Assembly (NCBI RefSeq): GCF_050739655.1
Contig: NZ_JBOIBY010000175.1
Coordinates: 1,666 to 65,665, forward strand
DNA: 64,000 nt
DNA from: Pseudomonas sp.
GTDB taxonomy: Bacteria > Pseudomonadota > Gammaproteobacteria > Pseudomonadales > Pseudomonadaceae
Reading direction: 5' to 3'
Shown here: positions 28,646 to 39,237 of the stretch, one piece after another
Layout: every line of letters begins with the position of its first letter
How positions within the stretch are numbered: the first letter of the stretch is position 1
Program-made: the position numbers and the translations under genes
Notes under the pieces: generated by a model
Databases searched by the model: none
Told to the model about the DNA's origin: nothing
Seen by the model: the letters and a program-made list of their open reading frames with translations, nothing else

Positions 28646-29191
28646 ATGGATTCTCTTACTGAACTGACTCGACGCCTCGAAAACCTGATTCGTGCCGGCA
28701 CCATCGCCGAGCTCGATCCGGAAAAGCCGCGTTGCCGTGTGAAAACGGGCGGCCTGCTGACTGACTGGCTGCCGTTCTTCGCCTTGCGTGCCGGCGAGGA
28801 CAGCGACTGGGATCCGCCAAGTGTCGAAGAGCAATGCCTGGTGCTATCGCCTTCAGGCAATCCGGCTCACGGCTTTGTCATTTTCGGCGTGTACAGCGAT
28901 CGCTTCCCGGCACCAGACAACGTGCCAACCCGGCGCCGGCGCCGTTACCGCGACGGCGCGATTGTCGACTATGACACCGCGAGCCACACGCTGACCGCCA
29001 CGCTGCCGGGTGGAGGCAAAGCCAATCTCATCGCACCAGGTGGTGTGCACGTCACCGGTGATGTCGTGATTGACGGGCTGGTGACAGTCACCCAGGACGT
29101 CGTCGCCGGCGAACAGAAAATCAGCCTGGTCAATCACCGCACATCTGGCGTTCAGGCAGGTAACGGCACGTCCCAGGGGCCAGTTCCATGA
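28646..29191 (+). CDS. Baseplate spike (P2 gpV)
   Basis: RRLENLIRAG, TDWLP, PPSVEEQ, C-terminal GVQAG. Confidence 0.9.
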   Translation: MDSLTELTRRLENLIRAGTIAELDPEKPRCRVKTGGLLTDWLPFFALRAGEDSDWDPPSVEEQCLVLSPSGNPAHGFVIFGVYSDRFPAPDNVPTRRRRRYRDGAIVDYDTASHTLTATLPGGGKANLIAPGGVHVTGDVVIDGLVTVTQDVVAGEQKISLVNHRTSGVQAGNGTSQGPVP

Positions 29192-29541
29192 TCGGCATGA
29201 ACAGCAACACCGGGCGCACCGTCGTCGGGAACAATCACCTGGGGCAATCGATCGCCGACATCCTGACCACACCCATTGGAACCCGCGTCATGCGACGCGA
29301 ATACGGCAGCCAGCTCGCCGACTTGATCGACTGGCCGCTCAACAACGCAACCCGCCTGCAGGCTTATGCGGCCACCGCTATCGCGCTCATGCGCTGGGAG
29401 CCGCGGATCCGCCTGAGCCGTGTCCAGCTCACGCTGGGCGAAGTTGCTGGCCAGGCGATCCTCGACATCGAAGGCAGCCTGGTGGACACCAATGAACCAT
29501 TGAGCCTGCGCGTGCCGCTGAGCCTGGGAGCAACAGCATGA
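29188..29541 (+). CDS. Baseplate protein (P2 gpW, gp25-like)
   Basis: ILTTPIGTRVMRREYGS, WEPRI. Confidence 0.92.
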   Translation: MIGMNSNTGRTVVGNNHLGQSIADILTTPIGTRVMRREYGSQLADLIDWPLNNATRLQAYAATAIALMRWEPRIRLSRVQLTLGEVAGQAILDIEGSLVDTNEPLSLRVPLSLGATA

Positions 29542-30449
29542 AAACGTTCACTCCCATCGACTTGGCTCAGCTTCCAGATCCAGACGTCGTCGAGCAGATC
29601 GATTACGAGCAGATCCTCGCCGAACGCAAAGCCTACGCCGTGAGCCTCTGGCCAGCTGAGCAGCAGGCCGAAGTGGCCGCGACGTTGGCCGTCGAGTCGG
29701 AGCCTCTGACCAAGCTCCTGCAGGAGAACGCCTATCGCGAAATGCTGCTGCGTCAACGCGTGAACGAGGCGTCCCTGGCCAACATGCTGGCGAAAGCCAA
29801 GGGCAAGGACCTCGAGCAGCTCGCCGCCAACGTCAACGTCGAACGCCTGGTGGTGACCCCGGGGAATAGCGCCGCTGTCCCGCCGATCGTCGCGGTGATG
29901 GAGTCGGATGACTCGCTGCGCGAACGGGCACAGATGGCATGGGAAGGCCTCTCCACGGCGGGGCCACGTAACAGTTACATCTTGCACGCCCGCAGCGCAG
30001 ACGGCCGCGTCGCCGATGCTACGGCAGAAAGCCCGTCGCCGGCGGTTGTCGTCGTCACTGTTCAGGGCTTGACCGGAGACGGAAGCGTCGACCAGGCGCT
30101 GCTGAGTGTCGTCAGGCAATACCTCAGCGACGATGATCGTAGACCGGTCGCCGATCGGCTGACGGTGCAGTCAGCAACAGTTTTGCCCTACCAGGTCGAC
30201 GCGGTTATCTATCTCGCCACCACAGGGCCTGAAGCGGAGCCCATCCGCGAAGCGGCGCAGGCACGCCTGGTCACGTTCATCAGCCAGCGGCGGCGCCTCG
30301 GCGTGGAAATATCCGAGTCAGCCATTCACGCTGCACTGCATGTCGAGGGCGTGCGCAAGGTTGTGCTTCACAACTGGACTGATCTCACCCCGAGCGAAGC
30401 CGAGGCAGCGTATTGCACCAGCTACACCGTGTCGGTTGGTGCCTTGTGA
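29538..30449 (+). CDS. Baseplate J protein (P2 gpJ)
   Basis: IDLAQLPDP, ESEPLTKLL, ESDDSLR, STAGP, RPVADR. Confidence 0.93.
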   Translation: MKTFTPIDLAQLPDPDVVEQIDYEQILAERKAYAVSLWPAEQQAEVAATLAVESEPLTKLLQENAYREMLLRQRVNEASLANMLAKAKGKDLEQLAANVNVERLVVTPGNSAAVPPIVAVMESDDSLRERAQMAWEGLSTAGPRNSYILHARSADGRVADATAESPSPAVVVVTVQGLTGDGSVDQALLSVVRQYLSDDDRRPVADRLTVQSATVLPYQVDAVIYLATTGPEAEPIREAAQARLVTFISQRRRLGVEISESAIHAALHVEGVRKVVLHNWTDLTPSEAEAAYCTSYTVSVGAL

Positions 30450-31060
30450 TGACGAGCCTGTTGCCGCCAAACGCCAAGCAGCTTGAGCAGCTGGCGGCCG
30501 AGGCGCTCGCCCAGATCGAGCGCGTACCGGTTCCGATCAGGGACTTGCTCAATCCTGATCGATGCCCGATCGAGTTGCTGCCCTATCTCGCCTGGGCGTT
30601 CTCGGTCGACCGCTGGGACAGCACCTGGTCGGAGGCCACCAAGCGTCAGGTCATCAAAGGCTCGTACTTCATCCACTCCCGCAAGGGAACGATCGGAGCG
30701 CTGCGCCGAGTGGTCGAGCCGCTGGGTTATTTGATCGAAATCATCGAGTGGTTCAACACGGTGCCAGAAGGCGTACCGGGCACCTTTGCGCTGAAAGTCG
30801 GCGTACTGGACACCGGGATCACTGAGGAAATGTATCAGGAGCTCGAGCGCCTGATCGATGACGCCAAGCCCGTCACTCGCCATCTGACCGGCTTGGCGAT
30901 CAGCCTCGAAACCAACGGACATTTAGATATCAGCGTCGCCGTTTACGAAGGCGACGAGATCACGGTTTATCCGCCCGTACAGCGTGACATCGAGGTCACC
31001 GGCTACATCGGCGCGGCTGGACGCGAACACACCATAGACACCCTGGACGTGTACCCATGA
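30449..31060 (+). CDS. Baseplate/tail protein I (P2 gpI)
   Basis: SLLPPN, LLPYLAWAFSVD, HSRKGT. Confidence 0.92.
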   Translation: MTSLLPPNAKQLEQLAAEALAQIERVPVPIRDLLNPDRCPIELLPYLAWAFSVDRWDSTWSEATKRQVIKGSYFIHSRKGTIGALRRVVEPLGYLIEIIEWFNTVPEGVPGTFALKVGVLDTGITEEMYQELERLIDDAKPVTRHLTGLAISLETNGHLDISVAVYEGDEITVYPPVQRDIEVTGYIGAAGREHTIDTLDVYP

Positions 31061-32667
31061 TTGATCAGAACTCGCAATTTTTCGCCATCTTAACCGCCGT
31101 GGGTGAGGCCAAACAGGCGAACGCCGATGCTCTCGGCATTCCGTGGAAACTGACGCACTTGGGTGTAGGTGATGCCAACGGCACAGATCCGATACCCGAT
31201 CGTCTGCAAACCCGCCTTCTCAACGAACGACGCCGCGCCCCGCTGAATCAACTCAAGATCGACCCCGCAAACCCAGCGGTGTTAATCGCGGAGCAGGTCA
31301 TCCCGGCCGACGTTGGCGGCTGGTGGGTACGAGAGATCGGCCTTTATGACGAAGCCGGTGATCTCGTCGCCATCGCCAACTGCGCGCCGAGCTTTAAGCC
31401 TGTGCTGTCGCAGGGGTCGGGCCGCACCCAGATTGTCCGGATGAATTTCATCGTCTCCAGCGTCGGCAACGTTGTGCTGAAGATCGATCCCTCTGTTGTG
31501 CTTGCTACCCGCGAATATGTCGACTCTTCGATCATTGCAGTGCTACCGGCTAACAAAGTGGCGGGCACCTTCACGAAAGTGACGACCAACAATCGGGGTG
31601 TCGTTCAAAGCGGCAGCAATCCGACGACGCTCGCCGGATATGGAATCACCGACGGATTCGCTGCAACTTTAGCGGCCACTGACTACAACGCCTTACTTAA
31701 ATCCGGCTTGTATATTCTAGGCGATGGGAACGCCGCAAACCGCCCAGTCAAAGCTGACCCTAGTGGGTCTTATGGTGCCGTTGCATTCAATCATGTAATT
31801 AATTCGGATTATGGTTATACGCTTTCTTATAATCTAGGCGTGGACGATATAGCGTTCAGGCGTAGGAAGCCCGACGGCTATGGGGATTGGCAATACGTCT
31901 GGCATACCGGCAATTACAACCCTGATAACAAGGCGGACAAAGCGACAAGCCTGGCAGGTTACGGAATCCCGATCGCGACCCAGCTAGAGGCAGAGACCGG
32001 CGCCGACACCAATAAGCCTATGAGTGCGTTGCGGGTCTTTCAGGCCATTGCCGCCAAAGTTGTTCAAGCTACAGAAAGCGCTCTAGGTACCGCTAGAATC
32101 GCTACTCAGACGCTGGTGACTAACGGCACGGATGACTCCACCATTGTCACGCCGAAAAAACTGCGCGCTGCGCAGGCCACGCAGCTGGAAGCACAGGCGG
32201 GCACTGACAATTCCAAGGTTATGACCCCGTTGCGAGTGTTCCAGGCCATTGCCAATGTGGTGTACCAGGCCACCGAGTCAGCATTCGGCTGGGCAAAGGT
32301 AGCAACACAGGCTTTGACTAACGCGGGTGTAGATGATGCGACATTCATCACTCCCAAAAAGCTTCGATTTGGGTTTTCTGTAAGCCTGACGGCAAATGGG
32401 TACGTCGTATTTCCCTCTTGGTTGTCTGGCTTAATTATTCAATGGGGCACGACGACAACAATCAGTGCCGGTGGAGCGATAGCACATCCGTTAGTTCTGG
32501 CTTATCCAAATGCGAATCTTGTGGGTGTCGCCATGGCGCAGTATTCATCTGCGCCAAACTCCGGTTTTATGGTTTCTATCTATGGCCGCACACTATCCAG
32601 TATGAGTTTTTACAACTCAAACACCGGCTCAGCTCTCGTGGCTTCTTATATTTCTGTTGGATATTGA
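31057..32667 (+). CDS. Tail fibre protein (P2 gpH-like)
   Basis: P2-type N-terminus (VGDANG, WVREIGL, IDPSVVLATREYVD), internal repeats, C-terminal GLIIQWG domain; lower GC in the 3' half. Confidence 0.9.
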   Translation: MIDQNSQFFAILTAVGEAKQANADALGIPWKLTHLGVGDANGTDPIPDRLQTRLLNERRRAPLNQLKIDPANPAVLIAEQVIPADVGGWWVREIGLYDEAGDLVAIANCAPSFKPVLSQGSGRTQIVRMNFIVSSVGNVVLKIDPSVVLATREYVDSSIIAVLPANKVAGTFTKVTTNNRGVVQSGSNPTTLAGYGITDGFAATLAATDYNALLKSGLYILGDGNAANRPVKADPSGSYGAVAFNHVINSDYGYTLSYNLGVDDIAFRRRKPDGYGDWQYVWHTGNYNPDNKADKATSLAGYGIPIATQLEAETGADTNKPMSALRVFQAIAAKVVQATESALGTARIATQTLVTNGTDDSTIVTPKKLRAAQATQLEAQAGTDNSKVMTPLRVFQAIANVVYQATESAFGWAKVATQALTNAGVDDATFITPKKLRFGFSVSLTANGYVVFPSWLSGLIIQWGTTTTISAGGAIAHPLVLAYPNANLVGVAMAQYSSAPNSGFMVSIYGRTLSSMSFYNSNTGSALVASYISVGY

Positions 32668-32678
32668 AGGGGAATAAG

Positions 32679-33194
32679 ATGAAGCGATTTTATAGTGCGA
32701 GCACGGGCTGCACTTACCTTGCCGGACTGAGCACGGCTATGCCGGCTGATGCGGTAGAGATAAGTGAAGATGTTTTCCTTTCGGTTATCGCCAATCCGGC
32801 CCCGGGGAAAATCAGAGGCCACGATGCAAGCGGCCTGCCGGTTTTAATCGATCCGCCGCAAGTAATACCGGACTATGTCGCTCTCATTGCGGATGTCCGT
32901 TATCAGCATGAAATCGGCGGCATAGTCTTAGCCGGCATGTCGATTGATACCGACGATCGCAGCAAAACCCTGATTTCCGGGTCGGCCCTCAAGGCGATGC
33001 GCGATCCGGGTTACGTGCTGCGCTGGAAGACACCGAATGGTTTTGTGGACTTGCCGGCGGCCCAGGTGCTGATGATCGCCGATGCAGTCAGCGATCATGT
33101 ACAGGCCTGCTTTAACCGTGAGTCGACGCTGCTGGACGCGCTGGCGGCCGGTACGTTTGTCGAAAGTATGCTGGCTGAGGGGTGGCCCGCATGA
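32679..33194 (+). CDS. Tail fibre assembly protein (DUF4376-like)
   Basis: MPADAVEI, TDDRSK, WKT..GF, HVQACF.RE. Confidence 0.8.
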   Translation: MKRFYSASTGCTYLAGLSTAMPADAVEISEDVFLSVIANPAPGKIRGHDASGLPVLIDPPQVIPDYVALIADVRYQHEIGGIVLAGMSIDTDDRSKTLISGSALKAMRDPGYVLRWKTPNGFVDLPAAQVLMIADAVSDHVQACFNRESTLLDALAAGTFVESMLAEGWPA

Positions 33195-33565
33195 GCCGGT
33201 TTATGACCACCCTGAAAACCGAGCAGGTCGGCCGCCGACAGCACACGCTGTTGGCAGACTTGGTGCTGGCGGACGAGGACGCCGGCGTGATTGTCGTGCC
33301 GGCGGGCACCACCACCAACTTTGCCAGCCTCGACCTGCTGCACAACGTGTTCCTGTTCGTGCTGTTTGCCTTGGTCGCCGGTTATGGCAACTATGCGGCG
33401 ACCGTGCATGACTGGCTGTACACGACCGGGCAAGTCAGCCGCAAAGACGCTGACGCGGTGTTTTATCGGGCGCTGCGCGCTGAAGGTGTGGCTCGGTGGC
33501 GCGCCTGGCTTTTCTGGCTGGGCGTTAGGGTCGGTGGCAGCAATGATTTTGGGACTGCCCAATAA
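33191..33565 (+). CDS. DUF1353-like protein
   Basis: [29 protein letters not shown]. Confidence 0.75.
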   Translation: MSRFMTTLKTEQVGRRQHTLLADLVLADEDAGVIVVPAGTTTNFASLDLLHNVFLFVLFALVAGYGNYAATVHDWLYTTGQVSRKDADAVFYRALRAEGVARWRAWLFWLGVRVGGSNDFGTAQ

Positions 33566-33585
33566 CGATTTCGCTCTGCGATACC

Positions 33586-33610
33586 GCCCTGTCCTGCAGG
33601 GCTTTTTTTT
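33586..33610 (+). terminator. Intrinsic terminator
   Basis: GCCCTG-TCCTG-CAGGGC followed by T8. Confidence 0.8.
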
Positions 33611-33618
33611 GTCTGCCT

Positions 33619-33637
33619 TGTAGCGAGCGCTTCCACA
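33619..33637 (+). promoter_or_regulatory. Putative late promoter site upstream of FI
   Basis: TGTAG-N9-CCACA (TGT-N13-ACA). Confidence 0.6.
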
Positions 33638-33711
33638 GGCCCGGCGACTCGTCGTCATGTCGCGCGCGCGTCAACCTGCGTTTCATTGTCACCCACGCGC
33701 AGGTTCTCCCC

Positions 33712-34884
33712 ATGGCCACTGATTACCACCACGGCGTCCGAGTTGTCGAAATCAACGAAGGCACCCGTCCGATCCGCACCGTCGCAACCGCCGTCGTCGG
33801 CATGGTCTGCACCGCCGAAGACGCCGATCCGATCGCATTCCCGCTCAACCGCCCCGTGCTGCTTACCGACGTGCTTACCGCCAGCGGTAAGGCCGGTGTC
33901 AAAGGCACCCTTGCCAAAAGCCTGGACGCCATCGCTGACCAAGCGAGCCCCGTCACTGTTGTTGTTCGCGTAGCCCAGGGGCTGGACGCAGCCGAAACCA
34001 CTACCAACGTGATTGGCGGTGTGACCGCCGGTGGTCAATACACCGGGATGAAGGCTCTGCTGGCTGCAGAAGCTCAGCTGGGCGTACGGCCGCGCATTAT
34101 CGGCGTACCGGGCCTCGACTCGTTACCGGTGGCCACGGAACTGGTGCTCACCGCGCAGAAGCTGCGCGGATTCGCATATGCCAGTGCTTGGGACTGCAAC
34201 ACCGTCTCGGAGGTCATCGCCTACCGGGAAAACTTCGGCGCCCGCGAACTGATGATCATCTGGCCCGACTTTGTGAACTGGGACACCACTTTGAATGCGG
34301 ATGCGCCGGCGTCGGCGATCGCCCGCGCTTTGGGCCTGCGCGCCAAGCTCGATGAGCAAGTGGGCTGGCATAAAACCCTGTCGAACGTGGCCGTGAACGG
34401 CGTCTCCGGACTCAGCCGCGATATCTACTGGGATCTGCAGAACCCAGCCACGGACGCGGGCCTGTTGAACGCGGCTGACGTCACCACGCTGATCCGTCGT
34501 GATGGTTTCCGCTTCTGGGGCTCGCGCACGTGCAGCGACGATCCTTTGTTCGCCTTTGAAAACTACACCCGCACCGCCCAGGTGCTGGCTGACACCATGG
34601 CCGAGGGGCAGTTCTGGGCAGTGGATAAGCCGATGCACCCGAGCCTGGTCCGCGACATCGTCGAGGGTATCAACGCCAAATTCCGCGAGCTGGTACGCCT
34701 TGGCTACCTGATCGGGGGCGAGTGCTGGTACGACGAAGCCGCCAATGACAAGGACACCCTCAAGGCCGGCAAGCTGTACCTCGATTACGACTACACGCCA
34801 GTGCCGCCACTGGAGAACCTGGGACTTCGCCAGCGTATCACCGACCGCTATCTGGTCGACTTCGCCAGCCGCGTCAACGCCTGA
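33712..34884 (+). CDS. Tail sheath protein (P2 gpFI)
   Basis: [32 protein letters not shown]. Confidence 0.95.
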   Translation: MATDYHHGVRVVEINEGTRPIRTVATAVVGMVCTAEDADPIAFPLNRPVLLTDVLTASGKAGVKGTLAKSLDAIADQASPVTVVVRVAQGLDAAETTTNVIGGVTAGGQYTGMKALLAAEAQLGVRPRIIGVPGLDSLPVATELVLTAQKLRGFAYASAWDCNTVSEVIAYRENFGARELMIIWPDFVNWDTTLNADAPASAIARALGLRAKLDEQVGWHKTLSNVAVNGVSGLSRDIYWDLQNPATDAGLLNAADVTTLIRRDGFRFWGSRTCSDDPLFAFENYTRTAQVLADTMAEGQFWAVDKPMHPSLVRDIVEGINAKFRELVRLGYLIGGECWYDEAANDKDTLKAGKLYLDYDYTPVPPLENLGLRQRITDRYLVDFASRVNA

Positions 34885-34933
34885 CATTCATTCATCCGCG
34901 CGGCGATGGCCGTGCCTTTAGGAGAGCGCCCAT

Positions 34934-35449
34934 ATGGCTCTGCCCAAAAAGCTCAAGAACATGAATTTGTACAACGACGGCGTCAGCTACGTCGGTGCGT
35001 GCAAGAGCGTCACCCTGCCCAAGCTCGCCCGTAAGCTCGAAGCTTTCCGGGGCGGCGGCATGGACGGCGCGGTGAAAGTCGACTTGGGTCACGGCGACGA
35101 CGGGATCCAGTTGGAATGGACCCTCGGTGGCTGGGATCTGACTGCGCTGCGTCAATACGGCGCGGTATCGGCCAGCGGCGTGATGCTGCGTTGGGCTGGA
35201 TCGATCCAGCGCGACGACACCGGCGAGGTCTCGGCTGTCGAGGTGGTCGTGCGCGGCCGGCACGAAGAGATCGACATGGGTGACGCGGAAAGCGGTGAAG
35301 ACACCGAGCACAAGTTCACCACCACCTGCAGCTATTACAAGCTGACGATCGACGGAAATGAAGAGATCGAGATCGACTTGCTCAACTTCATTTTCAAGGT
35401 TGACGGCAAGGACATGCTGGCTGAGCACCGTAAGGCGATCGGCCTGTAA
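34934..35449 (+). CDS. Tail tube protein (P2 gpFII)
   Basis: MALPKKLK, TLPKL, RGGGM. Confidence 0.95.
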   Translation: MALPKKLKNMNLYNDGVSYVGACKSVTLPKLARKLEAFRGGGMDGAVKVDLGHGDDGIQLEWTLGGWDLTALRQYGAVSASGVMLRWAGSIQRDDTGEVSAVEVVVRGRHEEIDMGDAESGEDTEHKFTTTCSYYKLTIDGNEEIEIDLLNFIFKVDGKDMLAEHRKAIGL

Positions 35450-35502
35450 TCCCAGCTTTTCCCGCCGGCTCGCCCGGCCCCCCTCTTCCATAGGATTTCC
35501 AC

Positions 35503-35847
35503 ATGAACACCACTGAACAGAACGAAGCTGCAGACGCCTCGGTTGTAAAAAACCCAAACCGCCCCGTCATCACTCTGGACACGCCGATCGTCAGGGGCTC
35601 GACCGAGATCACCGAGGTGACGCTGCGCAAACCCCTCTCCGGCGAACTTCGTGGCGTCTCCCTGACCGATCTGCTGCAGATGGACGTGCTCGCGTTGCGC
35701 AAGGTCTTGCCACGCATCACCACCCCGACGCTAACCGATCACGACATTGGCCAGATGGATCCGGCGGACCTGGTGCAGATGGCCACCGAGGTTGCCGGTT
35801 TTTTGCTGCCGAAGTCAGCGAAGGTGGATGCATCCCTCGTTGCGTAG
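35503..35847 (+). CDS. Tail assembly chaperone (P2 gpE)
   Basis: LDTPIVRG, LRKP..GELRG, LPRIT. Confidence 0.92.
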   Translation: MNTTEQNEAADASVVKNPNRPVITLDTPIVRGSTEITEVTLRKPLSGELRGVSLTDLLQMDVLALRKVLPRITTPTLTDHDIGQMDPADLVQMATEVAGFLLPKSAKVDASLVA

Positions 35848-35975
35848 ATGACGCCATGGCGGATATCGCCGTGATTTTCCACTGGGGGCCAGCGGAGATG
35901 GATCCGCTCCCCCTGACCGAACTGATGGACTGGCGCGAACGCGCCCGCAAGCGAAGTGGGGCGAAAGATGACTGA
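35799..35975 (+). CDS. gpE' extension via programmed -1 frameshift
   Basis: Slippery TTTTTTG at 35799-35805; -1 frame reads ...MADIAVIFHWGPAEMDPLPLTELMDWRERA...DD* (P2 E' signature). Confidence 0.85.
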   Translation, partial: FFAAEVSEGGCIPRCVDDAMADIAVIFHWGPAEMDPLPLTELMDWRERARKRSGAKDD

Positions 35976-38790
35976 CAAGCTGCGGCTGGAATTTATGCTG
36001 TCGGCGATCGACAAGGTCACCGCGCCTCTCAAGCAAATCAGCGCTGGGAGCACTGCGACGTCTCGCGCCTTGAAGGCGGCGCGGGACCAGCTGAAAGAGC
36101 TCAACGCTCAGCAGTCCAACATTTCCAGCTACACCCGCCAGCGCGAAGCCGTCCGCCAGTCCTCCGAGGAATTGGCCAAGGCGCAGGACAAACTACGCGG
36201 CCTGCGTGAGCAGCTGCAGAAGATGGAAGCCCCTACTGCCGCCTTCCAGAAAGCATTCGTTAATGCCTCCGCCTCGGTGGAAAAGCTGACAAACAAACAC
36301 ACGGCTCAGCGATCAGAGCTGCAGCGCCTGATCCCCCTTATGAAATCAACCGGTGCTGACACCCGCAACCTCGGCACCACTGAACGCCGCTTGAAAACCG
36401 AGATCGAGGCGGCGAATAAAGCCATTCAAACTCAGCGAGATCGTCTTTCCGCCCTTGCCAAGCAGCAGGAACGGGTCTCGAAAGCACAGAGAAATTATTC
36501 CAAGGGCCGAGAGCTTGCCGGCAATGCTGCTGTCGCCGGCGCAAGCGCCGGCGCCGTGGGGGCTGCAACCGGCATGCCGATCATCAGCATGATCAAAAAC
36601 TACTCGCGCTTCGAAGACGCCATGGCCGGCGTCGCCAAGCAGGTCGAGGGTGCCCGGGATGGAAACGGCCAGCTCACCCAGACTTATTACGAGATGGCCA
36701 CCTCCATCAAGAAGATGTCTGAAACCATCCCCATGGCCACGACCGATATCGCCGCCCTGGTGGAAGGCGGCGCGCGAATGGGCATTCAGGGCAAAGACGA
36801 CTTGCTGGAGTTTGCCCGCGTCGCAGCCACGGCCGCGACCGCATTCGACTTGCCGGCGCAGGAAGTAGGCGAGAACCTGGCGCGGATTGCGAACCTTTAC
36901 AAACTGCCTATCAAGAACGTCAACCAGCTCGGTGATGCGATCAACTTCCTGGACGATAACGCCATGTCGAAAGGGGGCGACATTATTGATGTCATGCAGC
37001 GCACGGCCGGCATCACCGCATCGGTCGGCATGTCCTTCAAGGACGCCGCCGCGCTGGGTTCGACCTTCTTGTCGCTGGGCGCATCGTCAGAAATCGCGGC
37101 CACCGCGACTAACGCCATGATCCGCGAACTAGCGATTGCCACTCAGCAGCCGAAGCGGTTTGTGGAAGGGCTAAAGTCGATCGGGTTGGAAGCGAAGGCC
37201 GTTCAGGAAGGCATGTCGAAAGACGCAACGGGCACCATCAATGCAGTGCTCGATGCCGTCAACAAGCTGCCAAAAGGCGAACAGCTCGGCGTAATGACCC
37301 AGCTGTTCGGTAAAGAGTATGGCGACGATGCTGCGAAACTTGCCGCCAACGTCGAAGAGTATCGGCGTCAGCTCAACCTGGTGAACGGTGCCGACCAGGC
37401 GCCAAAGCGCGAAGGATCGATGCAGCGTGAAGGGGATATCCGTGGGGACCAGCTGTCCGCCCGCTGGGAGATGTCCCAAAACCGCATGTTCAACTTGAGC
37501 AGTGCCCTGGGCGAGACCCTTAAACCAGCACTGGTCCAATTGATTAGCGGATTTAATGGCGTCCTCGAACGCGTGAATGCGTGGGCAACCGCCAACCCGG
37601 GGCTGGTTCTGGGGATCCTGAAGGTCGGCGCCGGCATCGCCGCGTTATCGATTGGTTTCAGCACGATTGCTCTGGGGCTGGCGACAACCCTTGGACCATT
37701 CCTCGCGGTGCGTTACATGCTTTCACTGATCGGGATCCGCCTCCCATCCTTGATCGGGCTGCTTGTCAATCTCGGCTCGAAAGCATTGCCCTTTGTCGGC
37801 CAGGCGCTCATGTGGATCGGCCGGCTGTTGATGGCCAACCCCATTGGGCTGGCCATAACGGCGATTGCCGCTGCCGCGTATTTGATCTATGTCAACTGGG
37901 ACAAGGTGAAGGCTTACTTCGCGAGTGCCTGGGCCGAGATCAAGCTGGGTTTCAGCAGCGGGATCAGCGGCATCCTGCAGACGCTGGTGAATTTCAGTCC
38001 GATCGGACTGATCTACCAGGCCTTCTCGGCGGTGATGAATTACATGGGCGTCGAACTGCCGACCCGCTTCACCGAGTTTGGCGGAATGATCATCGCCGGC
38101 CTGGTCAATGGCATCACCAACGCGATGGGCTCAGTGAAAAGCGCAATTTCCGACGCAGGCAGCAGCACCGTCGACTGGTTTAAAGAGAAACTCGGTATCC
38201 ACAGCCCTTCCCGGGTATTCGCCGAGCTCGGCGGTTTCACCATGGCCGGCCTGGCGCAGGGCGTGGCGGATGGTCAAAACGGGCCTATGGAAGCAGTCAA
38301 GGCAGTGGGCGATCTGATGACCCAGGCGGGAACTGTGACCATCGGGGCCATCACCAACGCTGGAGCGTTATTCAACCCTGCCTCCGCCGTACCAGGTGTG
38401 GCTGCCGCAGCGCTGACACCGGCCGCAGCGGTGCTCGGGGCAGCAGCTGCAGCACTGAAGCCCGCCGCATCCGTTCCAGGAGCTAAGGCTGAAACCGGCG
38501 GCATGCTCGAATCAATCCTGGGTATGGGCAAACAGCTGGCTCAGGCAGGTGCGATGGCAATCGGTATCGGCGGCGCCCAGCAGGCGATCGCAATCGACAA
38601 CCGCCCGCCAATTGCACCTGCAGTAGCCCCAGCTGCGGTACAGATGGCGCCCGAACAGATCGTGATCAACATTCACCCCGCCCCAGGCATGGACGCCGCT
38701 GCGATCGCACGCGCCGTGTCTGCAGAGCTGGATAAACGCCAGCACGCCAAACAAGCCAAGGGCCGCAGCGCCCTCTTCGACCAGGAGTAA
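35968..38790 (+). CDS. Tail tape measure protein (P2 gpT, TP901-type)
   Basis: AIDKVTAPL, long helical/Ala-rich body, LFGKE, ANPIGL, LGIHSPSRVF. Confidence 0.93.
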   Translation: MTDKLRLEFMLSAIDKVTAPLKQISAGSTATSRALKAARDQLKELNAQQSNISSYTRQREAVRQSSEELAKAQDKLRGLREQLQKMEAPTAAFQKAFVNASASVEKLTNKHTAQRSELQRLIPLMKSTGADTRNLGTTERRLKTEIEAANKAIQTQRDRLSALAKQQERVSKAQRNYSKGRELAGNAAVAGASAGAVGAATGMPIISMIKNYSRFEDAMAGVAKQVEGARDGNGQLTQTYYEMATSIKKMSETIPMATTDIAALVEGGARMGIQGKDDLLEFARVAATAATAFDLPAQEVGENLARIANLYKLPIKNVNQLGDAINFLDDNAMSKGGDIIDVMQRTAGITASVGMSFKDAAALGSTFLSLGASSEIAATATNAMIRELAIATQQPKRFVEGLKSIGLEAKAVQEGMSKDATGTINAVLDAVNKLPKGEQLGVMTQLFGKEYGDDAAKLAANVEEYRRQLNLVNGADQAPKREGSMQREGDIRGDQLSARWEMSQNRMFNLSSALGETLKPALVQLISGFNGVLERVNAWATANPGLVLGILKVGAGIAALSIGFSTIALGLATTLGPFLAVRYMLSLIGIRLPSLIGLLVNLGSKALPFVGQALMWIGRLLMANPIGLAITAIAAAAYLIYVNWDKVKAYFASAWAEIKLGFSSGISGILQTLVNFSPIGLIYQAFSAVMNYMGVELPTRFTEFGGMIIAGLVNGITNAMGSVKSAISDAGSSTVDWFKEKLGIHSPSRVFAELGGFTMAGLAQGVADGQNGPMEAVKAVGDLMTQAGTVTIGAITNAGALFNPASAVPGVAAAALTPAAAVLGAAAAALKPAASVPGAKAETGGMLESILGMGKQLAQAGAMAIGIGGAQQAIAIDNRPPIAPAVAPAAVQMAPEQIVINIHPAPGMDAAAIARAVSAELDKRQHAKQAKGRSALFDQE

Positions 38791-38796
38791 ACGGAC

Positions 38797-39237
38797 ATGA
38801 TGATGGCACTGGGCATGTTCATTTTTAGCCTCGAAACTTTGGCGTATCAGGAACTGCAGCGGCAGACGGAATGGCGTCACGGCTCGACTTCGCGTATCGG
38901 CACAAACCCATCTCGCCAGTTCTTAGGGCGCGGCGATGACTCGATCAGCATGCCTGGCATTCTTCTGCCGGCACTCGCTGGCACCCCGCTCAGCCTGGAC
39001 ACACTTCGCGCCATGGCCGACACCGGTAAGGCATGGCCGTTGATCGAAGGCACCGGCAGGATCTTGGGCATCTGGGTGATCGACAGCATCACTGAGAACA
39101 AAACCCTGTTTTTCCCGGACGGCGCAGCGCGCCGCATTGAGTTCACCATCGCGATCAAACGTATCGATGACGGCCGCGTCGACCTGCTCGGTGCCGGCGT
39201 GAGCACAGCCGGGAACATCTTGAGGAATATCCTGTGA
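38797..39237 (+). CDS. Tail protein U (P2 gpU)
   Basis: MMALGMFIF, QFLG, PLIEGTG, DGAARRIEF. Confidence 0.92.
   Translation: MMMALGMFIFSLETLAYQELQRQTEWRHGSTSRIGTNPSRQFLGRGDDSISMPGILLPALAGTPLSLDTLRAMADTGKAWPLIEGTGRILGIWVIDSITENKTLFFPDGAARRIEFTIAIKRIDDGRVDLLGAGVSTAGNILRNIL

Noticed and set aside
31057..33194. Diversity-generating retroelement or invertible tail-fibre cassette
   Set aside because: No reverse transcriptase or invertase, no inverted second fibre end; the internal repeats differ at all base types, not only adenines
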